This document shows positions 40,346 through 54,514 of a DNA stretch of 64,000 nt, in pieces. The DNA is taken from contig JAQFVV010000001.1 of the NCBI GenBank assembly GCA_028023455.1, forward strand, positions 2,666,001 to 2,730,000, written 5' to 3'. Within the stretch, counting starts at the first letter, position 1. Each line of letters opens with the position of its first letter. Origin of the DNA: Epiperipatus broadwayi (Eukaryota > Animalia > Onychophora). The notes beneath the pieces were generated by a model that worked only from the letters and a program-made list of their open reading frames with translations, made no database searches and was not told the origin of the DNA. Made by a program: the position numbers and the translations under genes.

Positions 40346-42843
40346 CAGGGATGGCAACTTTTTAATGGTGTTTTGCTTAACCTGTGTTACAAGATTATTC
40401 CACATGCTGACATGATTCTACTAACGTTATTATATATAGTATCAAAATTGGTCTGATTATAATGGGCTTCAAAATTTATATATTATATACTCTTGAAGCC
40501 CATTATAACTGGATCTTATATTATTGGACATTCAGTATTTTAAAATACATAGGATCATATGTGAAAAGTATATTTTGTTAAATTTTAATTTTTAACATGT
40601 TTATTAAAAATTGTATTACAAATTATATATTACAAGTTTTTTTCAACATATGATTTAAACAATAAAAAAAATTATCAAGAATTCTAATATGATTAGTCAT
40701 TCTTTACTGTTAATCTGAGCTATTAATAAATTAATGTGAATCTTGTCCTTCTATCTCTTTTCTCATTTGCTCACTATCAGATGTGTAATTGGTCACTTTT
40801 AGCTTCATGCAGGCTTCTGAAGGTTCACGTGTTAGACAACTTCTTTGTGGAGTCATATTGTAAGAAAATTTGTTCACATAGGTGAGTTCAGCTGAATGCT
40901 AAAAACAGAACACATGTGATTTTCTTCATGCATGATGTAAATATAACCAACAATTGAAAATGACCACTGACTTTTCCAGACAGTTTTCTTCAAGTTTTCT
41001 GCAATTCTATAAATTTAGTTTTCCACAATTTTGATGATATTAATTTAATGAGTTTCATTTCAAAACTATTAACATCCATTCACTCAAAAAGAGGTAAGTC
41101 AAATGGGGCCATCTTTAGATCGATTAAGTCAGGTTTGATGAGAAAAGAAATTATGGGTGCATGTGCTTGATAATCTTTACATCATTTTGAAAATTCTTTT
41201 CTAAGAGCTTCAACATACTTTTGAAGTGTGTCTTTATTAATATTAAAATGATTTGTATGAACATTTGGAAGAACAATTGTAGATGTTACTGGTAATATCA
41301 TACCAAAATATATAATTTTGATGCAAATCCTTTTTAATATTTGAAAATTTTTAATATTGTTTGGCTTTTTCCTTGCAATGCAAGTTTAAGTCATTCAGAT
41401 GTTGAGTTATATCAGTCAGAAATATCAATTTGCATAACCAGTCATGGTCAATCATTTCTAGGAAATGTGTTTTTTTTTTTTATCTAGGAACATATTGATT
41501 TCTTCCAGACATGAAACCTGTTCAAGATATTACTTTAACTAATCCAATGGACATTGCTGGATAGCATGTGGTTCATATATGTACCATTTACTTCTTGTGA
41601 AAGGAACTTAAATTGCCTATGTGACAATAAAAAAATGATGATAATGTCCATTACAGAATTTAAGCAGTGTGATGAGATTTTCACAACTAAACTTTCCTGG
41701 TGTATAATGCAGTGGTAACAATATTTGATATATGATTTTCATGAAATTTCCTTTTTCATTCTGATCATTACATGACCAGCATAAAGTGTTTATGTTAATT
41801 TTTTGATTTTCAAAATAATTAAAAATTGCAGTGAAAATGTCACGTCACTTTTTGGTATCAATGAGATAAATCAAATAACACAATTCTTCATAAATACAAT
41901 TGCTGTCACAATATCATGCAACTAATGCTAGGCATACCATGTTATTTACATCAGTATTTTTATCAACAGCCACACTGAATACAACAGCTTTTCTGTTTTG
42001 TTGTTGCATTTTCAGCCATGTTTAATCTTTGAATTGATATTGCAGAAATCAGTATTTTTTGAATTCAAGACAGTATTGTTTGTTTATTTGATAGATCACT
42101 GAATAAGATTTTAACACTTCTCAAAAACATTTCTTTGATGAATTCTCCATCAGTGAAAGGTTTGGCTTTCAAAGTCACACAATGAGCAATTCTATAATTA
42201 CATTTGGTGGTTTTATTTTTGGTTCCAATTATTTGACTAAAATAAATAGTTTGTTTCTTAAAAGCAGAAACAATCCTTTTTTGTTGTTTCACTTTTCTCA
42301 TCAGAATTTTGGATAGATGTTAGTTTGATAATGTATTTGTACACTTGAGGTACAATACATAACACTTTCACAGGATAATGTACATAGCACAATCTTTTTA
42401 CTGTACAAATCTATATTTATTTGTCCAAGAGTTTTGAAAAGGGTGAACATCATATTTTTATCTTTTATGAGTCATTTTGGGGTAATATATTACTTAACAA
42501 TAATAGAAGATTTATTTTAACATACAGTGGCCTGTACTAAACATAGTTTTTCTTTATATGTGAATTGCATGGACAAAATGTAAGTGGGGATACAGAGCAT
42601 ACAAGCAAGCATGCACAGTAATTATATAATAACAAGGGCTCTGTTTTAACCAACATATAACAGCCTCACTCAATCATGGTTTCTATTTACATGTGAATAG
42701 CATATGAAAAATATAGGTGATGGTGCAAAGGCATGCACTGTAAATAAAATATAATTGTTTACTATTTCAATTCAGTCAGAATAAGATCAATAATTATTCT
42801 GCATGCCATGCATGGCACATGTGCTATAGGTTACCAACCCCTG
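40346..42843 (-). mobile_element. Full-length but decayed SPIN/Buster-type hAT transposon (GTF2IRD2-like transposase)
   Basis: TIRs CAGGGATGGCAAC and GTTACCAACCCCTG. TSD tccTAttg / ctcTAttg. Minus-strand motifs: YRIAHCVTLKAKPFTDGEFIKEMFL, FSVAVDKNTDVNN (first catalytic D), HCIIHQES, and the C-terminal THLCEQIF..CMKLKVTNY. Confidence 0.93.
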
Positions 42844-43826
42844 CTCTATTGTATTTATATTCTTCTGATCTAATTTTAAAGCAAGGATTGTGGAATAAAA
42901 GAACTATGATTTTTTGTTTGTTTATAAACTATTTTTGATTAATTTTACACACTAATTGGTTGATTATTATTTAAAACAAAAAGAAATACACATATAAACT
43001 TTCAATTTATTTATTTATTTATTTTTAAAAATAAAAGTTAATAAACTTGACTGTAATCTAAAGAAAGAAAACCACATCTATTACACATCATTATTTGTCA
43101 GAATTGACACAATGTTAAAATCTTTTCAAATATTATGATTACTATTAAGTAAATATCAAATTTTAAAACAAAATTTGATAGATTTATTATAAATCTACCT
43201 TCATTCATTCACATGGGAAAAAACAACTTAAAGTAATTATTAAATGATTTATTCATTTTCTGAAAGAATATTTATACTAATTTAGTTGATGGCTTTTATG
43301 GTATCAGTTTTTAAATATTTAGAAAGCTCTAATGTAATTTTTTAGAATATGTTTCATTTATAAAATAAAATTGATGAAATCCGCAGAAGTTTAAAAAGAT
43401 TGAGCATTTTCATTAACTCTCACCAGATGGAACAAAATAAAATGTTAGAATTCAAGATAGTAAAGGAACATAAGATAGATTTAAGAAGTTATTTTTTTGC
43501 TTTACTAACAATCCACTGTTTAGTTCTCTGATAATAATTGTGTTGTTAAAAAGTTAAAAGAAAATATACAACATTCTTTGATGGATTGAAAAAATTGTGA
43601 AGTTTTAAAAGCAGTGCAAATATTTAATGACAAAAGGTGGATGAATGAAAAGACTTAAGAATGATGATGATTGATAGATTAAAACAGCATGGAGGAACAG
43701 TTATTGACTGATCATGGCCATCTAAGATATTTTTTGACATATTAAAATAAACATACACACATGAAAAACAATATTATAATCCTATTAAATCAGTAAATAA
43801 CATCTTTTTATTATATATATATATAT

Positions 43827-45529
43827 TGCAACAGGGCAGGTATAATCAAATCCTGTTGTAATAATTAGCAAATATGTATTTGTATACTTAACGCATTATT
43901 AAAAAATATATATATATCTTATTACTAACGTATTATTAAATATATATATTACTTTACTAACAAAATTAATATTTACAGTTTGATGTACAATCAATGGTCA
44001 TTTGCGTAGTTGTACAGAATTGATTTAGTTATTTTAATTAAAAAGAACTCATAGAAGAGGTATGGAGGGTTATATACTTGCTTTGATTTTTTTCTCTCTT
44101 TTGCCAAACCCATCTATACACATCGCTATGTATATGTGTGAGTGCATTTTTGAACCATTAAAAATGAAAAATTCACAAAAAAAATATTTTGTTTGATAAA
44201 CTTTTAAATATATACATATTAAGTCAACAAAAGAACTTTAAATATCAAGATGGAAGACTAATTTTGCAGAACAATGGAAGTAATTATTATAAAAATTGTG
44301 GAATGTCTAATACTAATTAAATATTAATTGGAAAGAAATAGGTGTAAAAAGCTTTTGTGGTGGATTTTAACAAAGGCATATGGAATGGGAATGGAAATAT
44401 AATTAAAAAAAAGAGTGGAAAGAAAGATAAGTTTGATAATTAAAGTAAAATTAAATTAATTATTCAGTATAAGTTTGGAGGTAGAAGAAAGCGGATGGTC
44501 AAGGTGATATACATTTTGATAAAATATGGTCAGACTGGGGTAGAGGCTTCAATGTGCGGAGGGTCCAAATCCTTTGCCCCCGATAGCAGAGAAGGACGTT
44601 AAGCCTGGAGAATTCGTCTCAAATAAGCAACAATATTGAATCGCCAGAAGAGAAAGAAAATAAATAAATAAACAGACTTTGGCCATGGAACCCGAACTTC
44701 AAAGAAAAAAAAACAAAATTTGTTCACAGACAAAGGACTGGAGATTCCATTTTCACCAAGAGGATTCGATCAATTCCCCGGGGAAACCAGGTATTTTCTT
44801 TCTAATTACATCTATATATGTCATTTTTAGTAAGGTTACTCCACAAATTTGAGATAACTGTTTATTTGACACAATTGTGAACTTAAAATTTATTTTCTTT
44901 GCCTGGAGAGGTCAAACTATTTACCACGGAATTTATTAGTGTATAAATTAGTCCAATTAAATCTTCGGTGCAAAATACATATAATAGCATATTTGTGTGT
45001 GGGGGAGTTTTGGCAAAAAAAAAAAGAGAGAGAGAAAGGAGCAAACAAAGAAAAAAAGAACTGATATGAATCTTTGATTTAAAAGAGACACTAATTTAAC
45101 TTAAGTAAATAATATATTTTTTTTATACATACGTAAATATCATAGCTAATAAATGTATATAAAATGAATGGTTTTTTTTTTGTTTTGTTTTTATGTTATG
45201 AGTTTTTTTTCTTTTTAAATAAAAAAAAGAGAGTTAGATCTACTGCCAGTAAATTTTACCACCAGCCCTGAGCAGAGCTAGTCCATGGGCATTTCCATAT
45301 TGGTATTCCAGTTCTCCCAGCATAATTCTTATAGAAATATGGGATTGGCACTTGAGGTCACAAATTGATGCTCATAAATATGCTGGGGCAATAAAATGGA
45401 ATAATTTAAGAATCAATATTCTTTTAAACCATTACGCATATACGTGTATCGTTATATATACATACACACAATCGTACAAGACTACATATATGCGTAAAAT
45501 ACATATGGAAAATGGTAAATTCTGTTATA
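43827..45529 (+). repeat. 5' LTR (1703 bp)
   Basis: TGCAACAG..CTGTTATA; roughly 94-96% identical to 50273-51995 in the stretches compared by eye. Confidence 0.96.
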
Positions 45530-45530
45530 A

Positions 45531-45549
45531 TGGCAACCTAATGAAAGGA
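45531..45549 (+). promoter_or_regulatory. Primer-binding site (degenerate; weakly tRNA-Arg(UCG)-like)
   Basis: TGGCAACCTAATGAAAGGA one base after the 5' LTR. It resembles TGGCGACCGTGACAGGA; the tRNA assignment is tentative. Confidence 0.7.
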
Positions 45550-46481
45550 CATCGAAGAGAAGTAGGTCAATGAGGGAAAGAAAAATATGAAAGAATTTAG
45601 CGTGATTTTTTTTTTGAGAAAGTAAATAAATGTATACCTATTGGTTTTGTCAGATCATTATTGTTTTAGCTAATAACAGAAGTTATATTATATTGGCAGA
45701 GTTGGATGTAGTTAATATTGAGTTTTATAGGTAAAAAAAAAAAAAAAAACTTTTTAGGCTATATGAAAAATACCGAGTGCAGAAGATAAAAGTGTTTCAT
45801 AAAGTAATCAGTTTAGGTTAGACTGGTTTTTTTTAAAGAACTTTCAATTTGTTATGGATTTTTTTTTTGTAAATAACGAATGTAAATGTTTTATTGTTCG
45901 CGATTGATTTTTTTTTTTTAAAAGTAATACAGATATTTTAAAAGAAAAAAGTAAACGAGTGTATTAAGTGGTTAACCTTTATAATTAATCCATTTTAATT
46001 AGATACAAAATAATTATTTTGGCTTTCTGTCACTTATTACTATAAGATGTCATAATCAGATAAAAATAATTTATATATATATATATATTAAATTGATGTC
46101 GTTTTAAAAGAAATTCGAGAAATGAATTATATTTAATGTACACCCACACAGTAGCTATGCTTTTTAATATATTTTCACTTTTTGCTTTTATAATCATTCG
46201 ACAATTTCTGAATTTGAAACTAACTTTGAAATGAAGATTTTGAAATAACAATAGTCTATCTGTACTAGTTTTTAAAACGGGATTTTATAAAAGTGAAACA
46301 CAAGAGTAAGTCGAAACAACATAATGAAATATCGATCGGTCCATGGTAAAATTATAAATATATATACTTAAGAAATATTGAAGGTGTAAGAAAGTCCGGG
46401 AAGGGGGCAGCACTGTGCTTTGGGGGTTTGGGATTTCGAAACCTAGCACGTAGAAAAATATATATACATCACATAAAGAGG

Positions 46482-47100
46482 ATGGAGTTGATAAGAATAA
46501 AAGTATATGGAGGGAAGAAGGAAGAGATGCCAGTAGAGCACCTTAGGAGTCTGCAAAGATACTGTGTGTGTTATGGAACCCCAGACAAGGTTAAAACAAT
46601 AATAGCATTTTACCACCTAGAAGGGCAGGCCATGGATTGGTGGAATTCATTGCTAAACCAACCGCAGACATTTTTATATTACAAAATAGCCCTAGAGAGA
46701 GTTTTCTGGAGTGAAGAAAGGAAGGACAACATTAGATCTCAATTGATAAGAGAGAAGTTTCAAGAGGATGGACCAGAGGAATATGTTCATTTTTTAGGCA
46801 TCAAGTAGCCACACTTAGGACATTAGAAGCATGTAATTTGTCAGAGAAACAGATTGTGAAGACTGTCTGCAGAAATTTGCAATAAGAATAAGATTGATGC
46901 TAGGGGAAGGAGGAGATAACCCATCTAAAGAAATAGATGAGATATTGAGTCAAATGGAAATAAGTGCGGAAATGAGATGGATTCGAGAGAAAAAGGAAAT
47001 AGACCAAAGGAAAGACATAATATTCAGACAGCAACCGAACTCAAAACACATGGGGAACCTAATTTGTTTATGGGAGGACCGCGTACCGAGTTATGCATGC
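46482..47100 (+). pseudogene. Gypsy gag (broken)
   Basis: MELIRIKVYGGKKEEMPVEHLRSLQRY..HLEGQAMDWWNSL is a retrotransposon capsid-like motif. Stop at 46806-46808 and a frameshift downstream. Confidence 0.8.
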
Positions 47101-50100
47101 CAAACATGTCCGAAAATAAAGATAGCAGCAGGACAGACCAAAGTAAAAGCACTTATTGATTCAGGGAATCAGGTCTCTGTAATAACAGAAGGTCTGTATC
47201 ATAAACTCACCAGAGAACAATGAAATATACCTGTTCTCCATTGAAAGCTGTACAAGTGGCAATGGCCAACAACAGAAAACCCAAGGTTGAACCCAAACAA
47301 ATATGGCTGGATGTCAAAATCCATGGAGTAAGTTGCCCCCATGTATTCCTAATCATGAAAAATTTGATTTGTGATGTTTTATTGGGAACTGACTTTTTAT
47401 ACAAATATAAGTGCAAGTTGAACTACGAAAGTAGACAAGCCACGTGTATTGGGGAGGTGATTGGATTTATAATAGATAGCACAGATAGTTCAATAAGTGC
47501 TGTGAAAGTTGTCGAAGAACACAGTGATGATTCGATAATGGAAAAAATAGACCAGGTGAAGATTACTGGGGGAGAAGGGAAGGAAATACTAAGAAAGATA
47601 CTGAAGGAATACAATCAGGTATTTTCAGACAGGCCAGGCGTGATCCCAGGGTTCGAACAAAGGATTAAAGTAAGTGAAATACAACCATTTAAGGCAAAAT
47701 CATACCCAATTCTTCATCAATATAGGGAGCAGGCGAAGGAGCAGCTACATCAAATGTTGGAATGGGGTATTATATCAAAAAGCTCTTCAGCTTATTGTAA
47801 CCCGATAGTCGTCGTCAAGAAAAAGGATAATTTCATACAGTTATGTCTCGATGCGAGGCAGTTGAATAAAATCATGGTCCCAGATTGTAACATACCACCA
47901 CCCATGCAAGAATTACTTGGGAGATTGAAAGGAAAAGAAAAATTTTTTTTCAACATTTGATCTGACAGCAAGCTATTGGCAGATAAGCCTGCATCCAGAA
48001 GATCATAAGTATACTGCCTTTAGATATGATGGCTGCTCATATCAGTTTAACTGTATGCTATTCAGCCTGATTAACAGTGGGGCTGGTTTACTGTGATGTT
48101 TGGATCAGGTATTATCTGCTGAAGTCAAGAAAATAGTTACAATGTATGTGGATGATGTATTGGTGGCATCGGCTACTATGGAAGAACATACCAAAGAGGT
48201 GGAAATGTTTTTAAGGGAATGTTGGAATAAAGGGATCAAGGTAAACCTAAAGAAAAGTGTGCTATTTCAAGAGGAAGTTACATTTGTGGGCCACCTTATA
48301 GGATCGCAGGGTGTCTGGCCACATACTGATAAAATCTCAGCCATTGAAGGTTTCCCAATACCTAGGTCCAAAAAGCAGATACAATCCTTTTTGGGTATGT
48401 GTAACTTCTACAACCGTTTTCAGGAGCAGTTTGCTCAACATATGGAACGACTAATTAGATTATTGAGAAAAGATGTAGTGTGGGAGTGGGGTGAAAAGCA
48501 AAGCCAGGCATTTGAGAGGGTGAAGCAAGGGTTCATGAAACATGTAATGCTGGCTTTTCCTGATTTTGAGAAACCCTTTGTAGTGCTGACTGACAGCAGT
48601 GGGTATGGGCTGGGAGCAACAGTATCACAGATTCAAGAGGATGGTCAGGTAAAAGTGCTGTATTTCTTAAGTAGGTTGCTCAAGGGTCCAGAGCGGCATT
48701 ACACTGCCACAGAAAAGAAAGCTTTGGCCATTCCAGAAACTCCGCACATTGTTGTTGGGATCAAAAATAATTGTGGTTACAGATCATAAGAGTTTAGAAT
48801 TTATTAACCATAGCTATCTGACAAATAGTCAGTTGGTACAGTGGAGCCTATACCTCCAAGAGTATAATTATGTGGTAAAGCATTGTAAGGGGTCAGATAA
48901 CATTGTAACTGATGCTCTTAGCCATAACCCAGTGCGTTTGCCATCATGTCATCTTAAAGCTGAAAAGTTATATGTGGCAGGAATAGACTTAAGGATTAAT
49001 GAAGGGGTAGAGAATGACCTTAAGAGATTAGGCCAGTGTCAGAGGGAGGATGCCCAGTTAAGTCAAATAACTGCACAACTGAAAGGGAATACAAAAAAAA
49101 CAATGATGAATCCAGAAGTTGGATCAACCGATACAAACTTGACCAAGCTGTTCTCCAATACAGAACGAAAAGGGGACCAGATAGTTGGAGACCTGTAATA
49201 CCCCAGAAAATTCAGAATGCAGTAGTGACTCATGTCCACCAAATATATGGACACTATGGGATATGGAAAACCGAAAAATGGCTCAAACAGTGGTTTTATT
49301 GGCCAGACATGCATTGGACTGTTGTGAGAATAATCAGGCAATGTGAACTTTGCCAGAAAACTAAGCCTGCAAATAGGAATGACCTCCATAATTCCAAAGA
49401 AGCCACGTGAGATGATTGCGATAGATTATTATGGTCCATTGCCCACCTTTAATAAAAAAAAATACTTGTTGGTGGTGTATGATCTATTCAGTAAATTTGT
49501 GGCTGCATATCCCATGACTCAAGCAAATACCCAAAACACCATACGTCTCCTTGAAAAGGAATATTTTGCAGTGATAGGAAAACCTCAAAGCATCCTATTG
49601 GATCATGGCACACCATTTATCTTTGGAGAATGGAAAGCATGGGTTCAGAAGTCAGGGATCCAACACATACTGACATCAATTAGGAATCCACAATCGAACC
49701 CATGTGAGTGGGTGATGAATGAGTTGGGTAGGTTGTTTAGGACATACATCCCAACTAATCACCGAGGTTGGGTTAAAAAGATTCCAGAAGTACTGAACTA
49801 CATAAACTGGGCAGTTAATGAGTCCACAGGGTTCTTGCCCGTGCAGCTCCAATTTGGGAAACATGCCCCTAAATTAATCAAGGTCAAAATACCAGGACCA
49901 AAGGAAAAGCCAATAAATGTGGAGGAGGACCATAAGCAGACATATCATACACTTTTGAAAAGGAGTCAGAAAAGAAACATACACTGGAGAGGCCTCATCG
50001 GTTTAAAGTGGGTGACCTAGTCATGGTGAAAACCCCACATGTGAGCGAACCAGGGAAATTTATCTGTAAGAAGTTTTGCAGTTTGTATGAGGGACCTTTT

Positions 50101-50214
50101 CCTATTGTTAAGTGTCAGGGGGATAATGCATTCTGGGTGAATACTGGGCAGGAGGTAAAAGGATCATACAATGCTCATTCCCTCAAGCCTCATGCCGGTA
50201 TGAACAGTTCATGA
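47100..50214 (+). pseudogene. Gypsy pol (PR-RT-RNase H-IN), multiply frameshifted
   Basis: PR ALIDSG; RT NPIVVVKKK..LCLDARQLN and YVDD; RH LTDSSGYGLGA..YTATEKKALA; IN H2C2 (HQIYGHYG..CELC), core IAIDYYGPLP / LDHGTPF / ECEWVMNE, and C-terminal GDLVMVK..YEGPF. Confidence 0.95.
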
Positions 50215-50259
50215 TATTTAGGAGCCATTCAAATACATAGACCATATTTGAAGGCTTCC

Positions 50260-50269
50260 GGGAGGGGGG
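50260..50269 (+). promoter_or_regulatory. Polypurine tract
   Basis: GGGAGGGGGG three bases before the 3' LTR TG. Confidence 0.9.
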
Positions 50270-50272
50270 TAT

Positions 50273-51995
50273 TGCAACAGGGCAGTTATAATCAAACCCT
50301 GTTGTGATAATTAGACAAATACGTATTCGTATACTTAACGCATTATTAAAAAATATATATATCTTATTACTAATGTATTATTAAAAATATATATTACTTT
50401 ACTAAGAAAATTAATATTTACAGTTTGATGTACAATCAATGGTCATTTGCGTGGTTGTACAGAATTGATTTAGTTATTTTAATTAAAAAGAACTCATAGA
50501 AGAGGTATGGGGGGGGTTATACACTTGCTCTGATTTTTTTTCTCTCTTTTGCCAAACCCAGCTATACACATCGCTATGTATATGTGTGAGTGCATTTTTG
50601 AACCATTAAAAATGAAAATTCACAAAATAAAAAATAAAAAATTTTGTTTGATAAACTTTTAAATATATACATATTAAGTCAACAAAAGAACTTTAAATAT
50701 CAAGATGGAAGACTAATTTTGCAGAACAATGGAAGTAATTATTATAAAAATCGTGGAATGTCTAATACTAATTAAATATTAATTGGAAAGAAATAGGTGT
50801 AAAAAGTTTTTGTGGTGCATTTTAACAAAGGCATATGGAATGTGAATGGAAATATAATTAAAAAAAAGAGTGAAAAGAAAGATAAGTTTGATAATTAAAG
50901 AAAAATTAAATTAATTATTCAGTATAAGTTTGGAGGTAGAAGAAAGCGGACGGTCAACGTGATATACATTTTTGATAAAATATGATCAGACTGGGGTAGA
51001 GGCTTCAATGTGTGGAGGGTCTGAATCCTTTGCCCCCGAATGTATAGCAGCTACCGATAGCGGAGAAGGATGTCAAGCCTGGAGAATTCGCCTTAAATAA
51101 GCAACAATATTGAATCACCAGAAGAGAAAGAAAATAAATAAATAAACAGACTTTAGCCATGGAACCTGAACTTCAAAGAAAAAAAAAACAAAGTCCGTTC
51201 ACCGACAAAGGACCGGAGTTCCATTTTCACCAAGAGGATTCGATCAATTCCCCAGGGAAACCAGCTATTTTCTTTCTAATTACATCTATATATGTCACTT
51301 TTAGTAAGCTTACTCCACGAATTTGAGAAAACTGTTTATTTGACACAATTGTGAACTTAAAATTTATTTTCTTTGCCTAGAGAGGTCAAATTATCTACTA
51401 CAGAATTTATTAGTATATAAATTAGTCCAATTAAATCTTCGGTGCAAAATACATATAATAGCATATTTGTGTGTGGGGGAGTTTTGGCAAAAAAAAAAAA
51501 AGAGAGAAAGGAGCAAACAAAGAAAAAAAGAAAACTGATATGAATCTTTGATTTAAAAGAGACACTAATTTAACTTAAGTAAATAATATATTTTTTTATA
51601 CATATGTAAATATCATAGCTAATAAATGTATATAAAATGAATGGTTTTTTTTTGTTTTGTTTTTATGAGTTTTTTTTCTTTTTAAATAAAAAAAAGAGAG
51701 TTAGATCTACTGCCGTAAATTTTACCACCAGCCCTGAGTAGAGCTAATCCATGGGCATTTCCATATTGGTATTCCAGTTCTCCCAGCATAATTCTTATAG
51801 AAATATGGGATTGGCACTTGAGGTCATAAATTGATGCTCATAAATATGCTGGGGCAATAAAATGGAATAATTTCAGAATCAATATTCTTTTAAACCATTA
51901 CGCATATACGTGTATTGTTATATATACATACACGCAATCGTACAAGACTACATATATGCGTAAAATACATATGGAAAATGGTAAATCCCATTATA
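50273..51995 (+). repeat. 3' LTR (1723 bp)
   Basis: TGCAACAG..CCATTATA; has an about 18-bp segment (gaatgtatagcagctacc) absent from the 5' LTR. Confidence 0.96.
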
Positions 51996-54514
51996 ATATA
52001 TATATATTATATTTTGAATAGATATTTTGAATAGTTGCAGGAAATATTTGATCACTTTTCAAATAATAATACAAAAATTGAAATAATTGCCTTTAATAAT
52101 ACATCCATTTCATCAATTTATACTTGGAGAGAGATATCCATCTCAGTAATGTAGAATAGCTCTTTGTAATCATAAAAAAGATAGATGATGCAGGTCTTAA
52201 TGAAGTATTTAGAGATATTTTTAATTTTAAACTACTTGAAATTTTTTAGGAATATATGGATCAATAATATTGTGGTATCTTTTCTTTAAAATATTTCAGT
52301 TATCTCACTTTATAAAAAGAAAAAGATGAATATCTTATTATCTTCTTTAGCAAAAATATTTTATATAATATAATTGTTTCCAACCATAAATGAGTGTTAC
52401 CAAATGCTTCAATATAGTTTTGGAAAGGTTTGACTTATATATTGCTTCTATTAATTTAAGATATTTGATTAAATTAATAAAAACAAAAATTTATAGTAAT
52501 ATTTGAAAATAACTGTTTATTTATGAAAGTCTATTTCTATTAATAGCTGCTGCACAATAGTACAAAAGAAAGCATTGACATTGGTAGCAGAAAATTTGAA
52601 ATGAATTTTGATTTTAGATATGCATTAGCTTCAACTTTTTTTTTTTAATTTTATGATAGTCATTTTTGTAATACTTTATTGGTAACTTCATGAATCAGAT
52701 ATTAAGATGCAATATACGTCTGATAGCGGAGGTTTTAATTTGATTAAAAATGAAAACTTTTACTATTATCTTGTAGGCTTAAAATTATACTAATGAATGA
52801 CTGCTGTTTGGTCAACAGAATGTTCTTAATGTTTAAATTTAACATGTATACACAGTTTGGTTGAGCAATTAATATAAAAAAAGTCAGCCTCTACGATGGA
52901 AATTACTTTTCCCAATGTCTTGGATAATGTAAGCAAGATAATGCGCAACAATTTAAATATTTCAGTAGCCCTTTAAGAAGGATAGTTAACTTAGATGTGA
53001 GCAGCATAGTTTCTACTATGAACATCTGGACATAACAAATAAGCAGATAAGATATTTTATTATAGTGATATAACTACTTTGTAATATTTTTGAAATATAA
53101 TAGTAGATCATAATTTCTATTGGCTGATTTTTCAGCTCTCTAAATGATAGCATATAATACATTGATGGATACTTTTATTAGATTACATACATAGAAGTAC
53201 TTATATAATAGCAAATTATTCACAAAATTATTTTATAGTAAATACGAGCACAGTTTCTGTGACAGAGACAGATTTATCACATTATAAACATTATTTCAAA
53301 GTCGTTGTAAAAGTATGTGGAATTGATTTTTTACTTGGAGAATATAGCCAAGAAAATAATACAATTAGAAGTTTGTGATATGTTGGACTATTTCTATCAT
53401 CTGACATTAAATGTTGAATGCCTAGAAAATTTTAAACTTTATTTAAACTTTTCGAATACAAACTACTTGCTAGTAATAGCACACAGATAAGTAACATATG
53501 TTACTCACTGAGAAAGCCAGTATCAGAAACCAGTCTGGGGTTGGGGATATTTTGTAAAACTTGTTAAGAGCTTATTTGCGAGCTCTATATATAACATTTG
53601 TAATACAAGCTGTTAAATTAGGTCATGTGACATATGACTTGATTTCTTTGTAATATATTATAAGCAACATAGGTTATTAATTACACACTATAAGTGTAAA
53701 ATTTTCTAGACATTTAACATTTAATGGTAGATCCATGGAAATAGTTCAATATATTATCACATTTAATATCCATCATCACAAATCTCCAGACAAGTTTGAT
53801 AGAGAAAAAATAAAAAAAAAGCCTCATAAGATTTAAATAAACAAAGCAATGAAAAACAAATTGTGAAATGGATTAGAATAGATGTGGTTAATATATTGAT
53901 ATCTATAATCATTGCAAAACATATATTTTTTTGATTTTTGTTGTCTTTTTAAGATTTGCATAGCTGTATTTATTTGCAAAAGCTACTATTGTTGATTATT
54001 ATCCTTAATTTCTGAAAATTGTATCTTAAACTTCCTTATTAGTTAGATATTTTCCTTTTTTTTAAGTAAGTACTGGAAGTATTTATTTTTCATATAGTAT
54101 TTAGCAATTAAGAATAAAATAATTTATAATTATACTTTTTTTTGTTGTATTGTTAAAGATAAATCATTGGATCATTACCTTTAGATAGTTGACACATTAC
54201 CCTGCCCCCTTTTGCTTTTACATTAAGCATATTTTTCCATTAAAAGATTTATCAGGAATCTTTATCCTTCAGTTAATAATCGCTAGAAATTCATTTACAA
54301 CCACTACTATGGTAGGTTGCTGGATTGGTGCCTACCTGAAAGAAAAATCTAAGTTACTTGTCATTTGAAAAAATTCAAATTTAGCATCTTAGATTAGAAC
54401 TTCATATTATTGTGTCATGGTTGATAGATGTGTTACTCATTTTGCCACAATGCCTTCTCACTTTGCATTTCAAAACCAAATTTATTCACATACAGGTAAA
54501 ATACAAGAAAAGGC

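Larger units (their letters stand above)
43827..51995 (+). mobile_element. Structurally complete Ty3/Gypsy LTR retrotransposon (8.17 kb), frameshifted, possibly Osvaldo/Woot/Ulysses-like
   Basis: Two about 1.7-kb LTRs, PBS, PPT and ATAT TSD in a TA tract. Order gag-PR-RT-RH-IN, no env. The clade guess rests on the long LTRs and the RT motif LCLDARQLN (inference). Confidence 0.97.

Noticed and set aside
50214-50260. env or extra ORF in the complete Gypsy element
   Set aside because: Only about 45 bp separate the IN C-terminus from the PPT, and no long ORF is present in the 5' leader or LTRs.
54180-54338. Candidate minus-strand exon (ttttctttcag acceptor, VGTNPATYHSSGCK*)
   Set aside because: Short and stop-terminated, with no homology recognised and no partner exons.
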